Below, piece by piece: positions 52,731 to 64,000 of a stretch of DNA of 64,000 nucleotides. The stretch covers positions 6,200,001-6,264,000 of the forward strand of contig OX597818.1 of NCBI GenBank assembly GCA_951406725.2, read 5' to 3'. The stretch comes from Octopus vulgaris (lineage: Eukaryota). A model generated the notes under the pieces. That model did no database searches. It had not been told where the DNA came from and saw only the letters and a list, made by a program, of their open reading frames with translations. Position 1 is the stretch's first letter. Each line of letters starts with the position of its first letter. The position numbers and the translations under genes are program-made.

Positions 52731-53946
52731 ATTGTAATCCCTTAGCTCCTACTTTCAGTAAACTATTACATTCTTGCCATTATGTATTCTTTTATAATTT
52801 TACTTGTTTCAGTCATTTTGACTACAGCCATTATGGAGCACCATCTTTAAATCTAGTTTTTTAAAAAATACCTTTACTTCAGGATGTGATATATTTTCTT
52901 TTGCTTTTATGCAAACTATCGAATTTAGCCCAAAGGCACTGTACTTTTACTTCCTAATTGCTCAAGAGAGTCGCTGTTATGAATAATCATTTCTCAATAA
53001 CAAATACAAATTTTGCGCTGCCATCAAGATCACCCATCTCATTACAGAACCTCTCCAGTATCTAACGTTAAGAGCACATATCATATTCCTACTGAACAAA
53101 AAAAGACAGGTACTAGCAAATACTTTTCAGTTCTTTACCGATCATCTCTAGCAGCTAATATAATGATCGATACCTTTCACCTAGGTTTATTTTCTTTTTG
53201 TTTTAATTCAATTAACCAACAGCTACTAGACCCCTACAAGCAAACGATTGATTTGAATAGAAACCGCAGTTAAAAACGTCAAGTATATTTTCTCGCTATA
53301 CTATATAAGCTTATGCAATTATCCTCTCGCGAATACTCGAAGAAAAAAATTTTCGCTTCCCAAATTATTCAGCTATAGGCAATTATAATTGTTGCATCTA
53401 CGTCCCGATTTTCCCTTGAATATATATATATATCCTCACAAGTTGAATTTCAAATGAAAAACGCCTTCATTGTTAAATTTAACCAAATTGCCGTTTCCAA
53501 CGGTGATTTTCATTTTATGTTTAGTACACAACGTTAAAATAATGTTCATATTTCAGTTCATTAGTATGATATAACGTAATATATACAAGGAGGCTAATGT
53601 GTATCCTTGTCCTATTTTCATGATAGCAAATTTTCGTACACTAACATGTAATGCCTTGATATCCTCATTTCTAACACCAGCAGAGTTAATGGAAACAATC
53701 TTAATATATATTTTTGAAGCCATGGTACGCATAACATTAGCCCAAAGAGGGAGAGAGAGGGAGGGGAGAGAGAGAGGGGAGAGGGGAGAGAGAGATGCAG
53801 CGAGAGAGGGAGCGAGAGAGACAGATGGAGGGGGATCACGAAAAAGAGATAGGGGGTGAGAGGAAGAGAGAAAAAGAGTAAAAAAGAGAAATCAAACAGG
53901 TAATTTTTCTACTTTTGTTTCATTTCTTGATAAAGTAGATCAGTAT

Positions 53947-54130
53947 ATTATTTACATTATTTACAATATTTACATTTGACGGATATATTTGTCCTCATCT
54001 TGTTTGTTATTAACATAATGTTTCGGCTGACATACCCTCCACCCTTCATCAAGGCATATGACGCAGTGGTTAACAGCGCGGGCTACTAACCCCAAGATTC
54101 CGAGTTCGGTTCCAAGCAGTGACCTGAATG

Positions 54131-54215
<85 letters not shown>

Positions 54216-54237
54216 TAATAATATAATAATAATAATG

Positions 54238-54285
<48 letters not shown>

Positions 54286-54448
54286 TCGAAAAATACCTCA
54301 GGAATAAGAACACAGGTTCGAAATTTCCCTAAGACACCTGATGAAGGCTGGAGGGTATACCAGTCCTTACGTTGAGTTAACAAGAAACAAGGTAAGGACA
54401 AATATCCGTCACATGTAAATAAGGTAATTTCTTCTCTTAAATATAGAT
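53947..54448 (+). mobile_element. tRNA-head/(AAT)n/hammerhead element, copy B, with inverted tail copy and 13-bp TSD
   Basis: Inverted tail 53947-54051; head 54052-54126 (TGACGCAGTGG A-box-like, GGG-CTACTAA-CCC arm, GAGTTCGGTTCC B-box-like); (AAT)n to 54283; gacac CTGATGA aggctg at 54333; AAGTAGATCAGTA at 53933-53945 and 54449-54461. Confidence 0.9.
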
Positions 54449-56813
54449 AAGTAGATCAGTAAATGCAACGTTGTGTAATTTTCACTGCCTTCACATTCCA
54501 TGATGTCTTGTAGTAGAATCTGTGCACCTGATGTCTCAATAATTTTTTTCATATTAGTTAACATATACTATATACTATCGTCATAGCGCAGGTGGAAACA
54601 CTTCCCACAAACAACAAGTACACATCATGACTTAATTGTGTACTGCCCAAGTATTGGGATAACTACTCAAAATAACAACATGATAGATTAGCCGCCCATG
54701 TTTCTGGGAAATCAGACCTACAAAATCACGACGAAAAATAAATGAAGAAATGAATACGCGTTACGCCAAAGTGCTAATTCTCTTTGTATAATAGTCACTG
54801 CGAATAATAAAGACGAGACTTCGTACAATCTTAACTTTGAAGAGGCAGTTCAATATAAGCATATATGTTCATAATATCAATCGTTTATCAATATTACCAT
54901 TAGTTGCTATACGCTGCTCTGAGAATTAAAATAATTATAAAGCAAAAGAAACAAAAATGTATGTGAAATCAATATAATCTTTTTGTCTGTTTGTTTAAGA
55001 ATGAATTTATAAACTTGAACTGAAATTAATGTGATTTCAATCAACATCACTTACAACATCTAAAATATTTTCGGCAAGTTCTACACTGAAATTTAGTAAG
55101 ATTTATTTATTTACTAGTTAAACAAATGATATAAAAGTGCTCATTTTGGACTCTCTTTTAAAGTATTCAAAGAAACTGTGACTTAATTACTGACAAGAAA
55201 CCTGTTTATGCAATTTAGAGGGAACTTTAGCAACACATATTGGAGGAGGTTTATCTTTCCAGTGAAAAGTTATTGACAAGCAACAAGTTAACGACTCTCA
55301 ATGTTGATGTTCAACCCTCATTCAAGTTATTAAAAGTTATTGGCTGAGATTGCAATCTACCATAGCAAGAGTGAATTATCTCCATCATTCTCAGTTACTT
55401 TCTGTCTGTTAGTTTCTCTTTCTCTATCTTTCTATATCTCTCTCACAGATACACACACACTTACACACACTCTCTCTTCCCTTCTCTCATTTTTACTCTA
55501 TCTCTCTCTTCACTTTAGTAAGAGAGTGGCCATAAATTAAAGCAGATAAAAGTATAATTAATATAGATCTGTGTAGAGTAATTTGATATAGATTTGCACA
55601 TTTGTAGCCATCATAATTAAGATCTAAAAAGAAGCGATGTCCCTCCTATACGTGATCCTGTAATCGTTCACATGAATACAATAATTATTATTCTACTAAT
55701 CCCCAATTTGTCTTTATTCTTGATGGCGTAACCATCATCAACATTTATCATCACCATCAACGTTGTTGTGCTTGTCACCGTCTTAATCGTCATCGTCACT
55801 CTATTTCTCTCCTCTGCCTCCGAATCGTCATCATCGTTAATGTCACAAGAGATGGGTATCTTAATTTGCATAGACTACAAATAAGTTCTTATTTGAAAGA
55901 GGTCGAGAAAAATGCATTTTACGCCCAACAAGCAATCGCATTCACACATGCTCAATCTTAGACTCCTGCAGGCACTCAAACATAGTCACACTCACATAGA
56001 TACACCTGTAGGAGCACTCAAACGTTCATGTGTATATCTATGTAGTGTGACTGATTTTTTACGTTGTGATTGTGTATATCTATGTATATATGTATGTATG
56101 AAAATGTATATGTAAATATATATATATATATGTATTTATGTAAATATATATATATATATATATGCGTGTGTGTATGTGAGTGTGTATACAAATGTATATG
56201 TGTGTGTATGTCTGCATTCATGTATATGCCTGTTTACCTGTGTATTAATATAAGCATATGCTCGAATGAATGTGTGTGTATGCGTAAGTAATTTTCAACA
56301 GAAATCTTATAATGGAATTTACTGGGTTTCTTTCATATCGAAAGCTATAGATAATGTTACATATTCTATAGAGTCCATTGTCAGAAATTTCAATGAAGCT
56401 AAATCATAAGACATTCAACAAATCTTTCAACATTCAAATAATACAGAGGGACGCATTAGTTTTATGTTCTTATTAATGTGGTAATGTAGCTTTTTATGTT
56501 GATATTAATACTAATATGTTAGAATCCTTTCCCTATGAATACCGTAATGTATTTCATATATGTAGATATTATGTCGATAACTTATTGCCAATCTTGGAAG
56601 CAAATCAACTTTTATTTCTCATTTGAGAGAAAAATATATATAAAGAATTAAATTATAAAGGAAATAATCGTATACCATTACGATGGAAACAACTCGAAGG
56701 TACCATACATATATCATATTCTACAATGTTAAATTGGGTAGTAAAATCATTTTTCCTCTTCAGAAAATTTTATAAATCGTTAAAATATATCTATATCACT
56801 AAATGTTTTCCCG

Positions 56814-56829
56814 TCTATCTATCTGTCTG

Positions 56830-56907
<78 letters not shown>

Positions 56908-57065
56908 GGTCTATCTATCTATCTATTGATGTGTCTATTCAGACTGATACGCTGGATGCGCACACACAAGCTTAAACGTTGTTTCGTTTGTGGGTGCCTG
57001 TACCTGGGTGATCGCACACACACCCACTCGCAAGCCCACACACAATGCACATACACACACTCATA

Positions 57066-57142
<77 letters not shown>

Positions 57143-57265
57143 ATATGTACATATATACATATATGTATGTATGAATATATTTAGATGCATATATATATAC
57201 ATACATGTATATATATATATACATATATATGTATGTATATATACATACATATTTGTATATATATC

Positions 57266-57298
<33 letters not shown>

Positions 57299-57390
57299 AC
57301 GTATACATACACACATACTTATACACACATGTATAAATATATATTATATATATATATGTAGAAGTGTGTGTGTATGTGTGTGTATGCAAA
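56814..57390. repeat. (ATCT)n plus (TA)n/(TG)n compound microsatellite block, representative of dozens of such tracts in the window
   Basis: Read directly from the sequence. Confidence 0.95.
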
Positions 57391-57922
57391 CTGGTTAAAT
57401 AAGCGCTCAGGTAAAACTTAAATCGTAGTTAATACCAAACTTCACATGAATTTAAGTTTCAGTATTCTTTTTCTTCATCATTAAATGCTCCGTTGTTATT
57501 CTGAAGCTCTCTTTAAAACAATAAAGTCATTTTAAATGTATTTACATTGAACGAAACATACATTATTATACGCTTATACACATACATTCATTTACACAGA
57601 CTCATATCACAAACATATGATTCTACAGGTATTATTAATGGGTTGTCAATGATCTCATCTAAAATAGTGGAATGAATTTTTAAAATCCTGTTCAGCTGTC
57701 ATATTTCGTGCAATCCATATGGGTCTTCCTTTACTGTACATCCACTTTGTATGCTAAAGCTAATTTGCATTTCATTGTCAGGATATAACGAGCGATATCT
57801 AAATGAGTAGTGGCATGTACTGCAATAGAATGTAAAGTGATTTTACGTTAGCTTTTATAAATTAACATGTACAATAATATATGGATACCTAGATAAGCAT
57901 TCACATACACACACACACGCAC

Positions 57923-58035
<113 letters not shown>

Positions 58036-58363
58036 AAGGCATATGAATACAGACACTATATATATATATATATATAAATACTCACACATATATATATATA
58101 TTTGAAAGAGTGAGTAGAGATGGGTTTTTTTTTTAGGGTATAATTAATTTATTTTAACCTTAACAATAATATTTACTGTGAGTTATTCTGATATGAGTTT
58201 CAAGCTTCAAGTAGCCGTTTTGAAACTGAAAAGTGTATGTTTTACTGGTTGCTAAAATATCACAAGACTTTTTCTTGCAAGTATACAAACGCAAAAATAT
58301 ACACAGAAAAGAGAAAAACACCTACATATATATGTATATTACATTATATTATATTATATCATA

Positions 58364-58425
<62 letters not shown>

Positions 58426-61400
58426 GAATATTTCTATTTGTAAATATCTCAACGGGATAGCAGTACTCTAAAGTAAGGAATTCCAACAAAGTTTCGTGGT
58501 TTGCTACCTCAACAGCCGTCGAAATGGATCTAAGCTTTGTTTTCGTCACACACGCTCATATAATAAAGTCTAAACAGAAATCGTAATTAATATTTTGTTG
58601 ATTTTTTAAATCAGCTTTGAACATTATTCATACGATTTTACTCAAGTTTTGAAAATAACATGGAAGATTGTTCAAGCCGAAAGACGTTCAACATCGTTAT
58701 ATGCCATGGTCTTTACCCTCTGAGATGTATTTACGCATTTTCATTTTCTTCAATGCCGCGTCCAGACGCTACATCAACGTTTCTATCATAATCCATCACT
58801 TCGAGATTTAGTTAATCAAACATTGTTCCTAAACAATTTGGCATGTTTAGTACTTGTATACTTTCACGAAATATCTAAGGGGGAGTATCGACCAACCCTG
58901 GGTGCGTCCTACAACAGTACAGAAGTAAAACATTGTTTACGTTTTTTGTAGTAGATTATACACATGAATTTAAACTTCAAATTATTTTAAATTGCAGCCA
59001 TTTTCGATTAGGAATACAACAGTTTCAATCCCTGTTATAGCTTGTATGTAAATTGATATAAATATTTTGACAAACACATACGCACATATGCACACGCATA
59101 TACCTACCTGTTATATAAATTCTTAATATTTCATTTATATTCATATTAATGTATGTGGGTGTGAGTCTGCGCGCGCGTTTGTGTTAAGTATATTCTGAAT
59201 TGTGTGTTTGGGTGCGTGTGTGTTTGTGTATGCGTGTGTGTGCATGCACGTGTGTAAATTATTATATTCTTGCTTGTTTTCTATTTTCTATTTGTATGCC
59301 CGTATGACAATAAAATTGTTTTTTGTTATTGTAGAATTGTTCTTAATATTTAAATCATTTTCCTAAAACCATTATATTCCATTTTCTGAGCAATTTTTTC
59401 CCGTTATTTCTCCTTCAACACATTATTTAGATTTATTCTACAAGATATTTCAAATATTCTTTATGCATTGTTTTACTGCAGGCAATGTTAATCTCGATTT
59501 AGAGTAAATTATTTTTTGTTAAGACTGATTCCATGCACGTGATTTGAATTCTTATAGTCCAGCATTAGTTTAGTTATATTCGAATATATTCAGACGAAGT
59601 ACAGTTCTGATATTTATTAGAAAGCATCCAAGTTCATTTCTTAATTAGTCAGCCTGTTCCAATTACAGTCACCGATAGATAAAACGATATGTATTATATA
59701 TCATATATAGTATAGCAACAGCAGTACTTGCGTTGTCCAGGTACATATAGGGTATAGGAAACATTCTGATGTGATTAATTTTCACAGAAGTGTTCCAAAT
59801 CAAGATTTCAGATACCTAAGTTCGAATAAATAACAGGTATACTACGTAGAGCCTAGATCCATTCATACATTAACATATACTTACATATATTGAGTATATT
59901 TTTTAATATCTTAATTAAAAAGGCTTATGTCAATCTGTACTTTGTCATAAATTATTTATGCACTGGAAATTGTTGCATCTTAGCAATTCAAAAGACGTTT
60001 TAAGTTCAATTTCATAGAAATACGCAAATAAAACATTCACATAATAATGTAAAATGCAATTTATTTATTTTTGAAAATTTTTTATCAAAACATTATTGTC
60101 AATGCTCCAGTAATTTACATAAATATGCTGAGAAATTATGCTTCTAATCACAACATTTTTCAGTACATATTGCATTGAATATATATAAAAAAGGGAAACT
60201 ATGTACATACACATCTTTGTATGTGTGTGTGTAGGTGTGTGTGTGTGTGTGTGTGTGTGTGAGTGTGTGTATGTATGACTGATTGTGTGTGCATTCGTGT
60301 TTATGCGCATGCAGGTGTGACCGAATATGTATCTGTTTAAGTATTTGAATAAGAAATGGGGTCATTCTAAAGCCACCCATCCATCTATCGTCCGTGCCCG
60401 CTATTCATCGGGGGACTGTGGGAGTAGAGTCCCCAGGCACCCCTTCTATAGGGGGGAGATTTAGAAGCAAGGGGGCATTACACATTCATAGCTGAGACTA
60501 TCGATAATATTTAACCATAAGATTCTACCGGATGTGTCAGCTTCAAAACCTTCCGAATTTTTCCTATGACATTTTAATCACATGTTCTTAGTACTGATGC
60601 TGTGACCTTTAAATGAGCAAATGTAAGAGATCGCCCTGAAGAGACAGATAATGTGATCTCCATGCTGGAACCTAGTTAAATAACGTTAGTCACGAGATCC
60701 TTCGAAGAAACGCTGTTTCGACCGTCTATTTTCTCAATAGTACTCTTTCAGTCATTATCCAACATTCACGACCATAGATGAGGTTAGGGACAAAATCCGA
60801 ATTGAAGTCAAGATGTTTAGATTTTATTTTACTGACCTCTCCTCTTAAGTACTGGAGCTGGCATATTACAAACTCAGCAACAGCAATTCAGTCACCTAAG
60901 TCAGCTTCGTGCTTTCCATCTCACGGCAACGAGTTACATAAGTTTCTCCGTTAGTCTCATCGATATTCCACATGCAGCGTACACCAGGAAGAAATGTCTG
61001 CGATACAGTGTTAGGAAATAAAAGTTATGTTGAATGAATGGCAAATATTATTTAATAACGTCAAATCAATATCCTTGTTATTAAAAATATTTTCTCTTCT
61101 CTTTTTGAAGTGATTCTACTGGTGAAGCATCAACTTATAGTAGACATAAAGAGCTCCACGTCCTTCTTTGGAAACGTATAGAAATATATATACTGTCTGT
61201 GGAACTGCAGGGATTCATATACTGAAGAAACAATAGGACCATAAATGATTCAAATAAACACATCCTCAGCACAGTGTGTGGTGACCGATGTTTCAATGAA
61301 GCTCAGTATTCAATTTTTGAATCTTAGCCTTGCGCCAAATGAAATGTAGGTAATAAAGGCTTTAATATGAGACATACACGGCGCATCAGTAGTCATGGAG

Positions 61401-62759
61401 TATTTGCATTTCTTTGGAAAGTGTACAATATTACTGGGATCGACAAACCTACAGCTTTGTCTTTAAATTAATTTGCGTGCAATCTTACCAACCCTAATAT
61501 TTGATAGTTGTGTTGAATGTTAGCAAACGCTACCTAACCTCTTAACATGCCTCAGTATATGTAACTAGATGTTGCTACCGCGATTGCAACTAAAATATAC
61601 TATCGGAAGGTATTATAAATACAATGAAATAAGTATATCAAATTCCTTGTTCTTATTATCATCAGATGTATTAAAGGTGCGCTCTTATTCACGACATTGC
61701 TTCAGCTCACTTCTAACCTTAAAATGTGTTAGTCTCTTGATAAACCTGTGTAAGTGGTTGATCCTTTTGAGATGTGTAAAGTAACTTATATTAACGTAAT
61801 TCATCTCCATTCAAAACTGTCCGCAATAGCAATAAGAGTAATGTTGAAGATGGTACGACTAAAATGTACAGTAATCTCACGATGAAAGTTGATTGCAATG
61901 GTCTCAGCGCAAGCTTTTATATTATAGTCGCAGACCATTAAGTGATAACAGTCTACGTATTTTCAGTAAAAGCCTGAGCAGGTTCAGCAGGTGTGATGGT
62001 GATGTTAAAATAATTGTTCATACATTGTTCATGCCACTGATAATAATTTATAAAAACGTTTTCCCTGAAAGATTCCCTGTTAGAAGTATAAAATTGGGAA
62101 TCTTTTTTTAAAGCTACTATAATGCTTTTGTTAAAGATATTCCTGGTGAGTAGGATGAAAAGAAACAAAATAAAATAAAAGGAAATACTTTATTTCTTTT
62201 TCAATTGAACTTTGTTCAAAGAGCACTATTTGAACAAATTTACGTTTTATCAAAGTAGAAATATTTAGACGCAATAACTTTTGTAGGTTATGGTTGTTAC
62301 ATTGCATGTGCAATACGGTACTGATATACAAGCGTAATCATGCGTGATGTATGCATTACACACAATTGAAATAACAATGATATACATTACACAAGCAAAA
62401 TAACACACTAGACGTAGGTGTGGAAGATATCAAAACTAAATCCCAAAATAATTCATCATAATGCTTTAGTGCATGTTTCCTTATGTATTTTGTTATGGAT
62501 CCATCTATATTTTTCAACACACTCACAAATGACATCACCACAACTATCTAAAAACTCTCTCTCATCTCTCATTCTCTCTCTCATCTATCTTTCTCTCAAT
62601 CTCTCTCTCTCACACATACAAACACACACAGGCGCGCACACAGACACAGACTCACATTAAATAGATTTCGCTTGTGAAAAATGTCGAAAATATTGTTTCA
62701 TTCCCATAATCCACATTAATTCTACTACGAACTGGCTGTCCATCTGGTGGTATTATTAT

Positions 62760-63176
62760 TTTTTCTTACTTGTTTCAGTCATTTGACTGCGGCCATGCTG
62801 GAGCACCGCCTTCAGTCGAGCAAATCGTCCCCAGAGCTTATTCTTTGTAAGCCTGGTATTTATTCTATCGGTCTCATTTGCCGAACCGCTAAGATACGGG
62901 GACATAAACACACCAGTATCAGTTGTCAAGTGATGTTTTGGGGGGGACAAACACAGATATACAAACATACACACACACACACATACACACACACACACAC
63001 ATATATATATATATGCATATACGACGGGCTTCTTCCAGTTTCCGTCTACCAAATCCACTCACAAGGCTTTGGTCGGCTTGAGGCTAATGTAGAAGATACT
63101 TACACAAGTTGCCGGGCAGTGGGACTGAACCCATGACCATGTGGCTGGTAAACAAGCTACTTACCACACAGTCACT
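62760..63176 (-). mobile_element. Abundant SINE, near full length
   Basis: Homologous to 13209-13632. Confidence 0.9.
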
Positions 63177-64000
63177 CAATTACCTAAATATATGACATGT
63201 TACGCAACCCTTTGGTGCATTTTTTTCATCTTTTACAATTTGCAAAATCTCGAAGAAAGCGAAAGATCCAGTATGTAAGATATTTCTTTAACTGGAGATA
63301 TCAGTTTTTTTTATACACAGGTGATATTTTCTGAAAATATTCCTTCTTAAACGTAGATTTTCTGTTAAAACGAACTATTTCGAGATAAAATCTCATATTG
63401 GCTTTTGGTGCAAAATGTACTCAACTTTATAATGCTAACGGGGAGCCGAATCTCCGTCGTCTCTAGCACCCACTAGCTCACGCGATTTCGACCTTTCTTG
63501 GCCTCGTTAATGATACAGGCTAAACCGCTAGAAATAATAGTCATTTGTATTTTTACAAAATATGTTTACTTTTATGAAACAAACTAAAAGAGGTCACGTG
63601 TAGAAAATGTAATATTTTCAGTATTAAGTAAATTTTAATTGATTTTTAAGAAACACTATGATGGTTTAGCTTACTCTCAGAAAACTAAACGCCATAAAAT
63701 CAGCAAATATTTCACAAACTAATTAAAGAAAGTGGTTAGTATGAATTATCTAACGTCTATAAAACTGGATGTTGTTAAAAAAATATTTTCCTGTTGTATA
63801 ACCGTTGTCTTCTTATGCATAACATGTATTTCACAAACAGTATACACGGTGTGTGAGATCTGTAACTGAATACATCATATATGCCTTGCATGTTAGACTA
63901 CGTAATAATGAATTGAATAAATTAAGAGAGAATATAACTTACATGAAAGAAACAACTATATAAGTCACCATATCCATTATGGATCTTGCTAAAGCTACAC

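Noticed and set aside
54052-54126. Functional tRNA gene with ACT anticodon
   Set aside because: Acceptor and T stems do not pair convincingly, there is no oligo-T terminator, and it is fused to the same repeat tail in both copies

Overview
Eukaryotic, AT-rich, microsatellite-dense DNA with no host protein-coding exon I can support. Nearly all ORFs in the track are (TA)n/(CA)n/(AAT)n artefacts. The SINE families and repeat density suggest an octopus (coleoid cephalopod) intron or intergenic region; this is inferred from recognition, not a search. The window is mostly transposon debris: a near-complete decayed Penelope-like element (PLE, 9.4-11.8 kb), two further PLE GIY-YIG fragments, RTE, CR1-group and L1/Tx1-like LINE pieces, a Sola2-like DNA transposon, a mariner nested in another Tc1/mariner, Helitron-like pieces, tRNA-derived SINEs and a 5S rRNA pseudogene. 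The main unexplained structure is about 20 type-I hammerhead-ribozyme-like (HHR) motifs in short AT-rich modules wedged between (TA)n tracts. Several form divergent fold-back duplications that start at the ribozyme core. The best candidate for an undescribed system is a non-coding element present twice (7.8-8.25 kb and 53.9-54.5 kb). It joins a tRNA-like Pol III head, an (AAT)n tract and a hammerhead-bearing tail, with a PLE-style inverted terminal duplication and a 13-bp TSD, which suggests a SINE mobilised by Penelope-like machinery. All pairings and alignments were read by eye.
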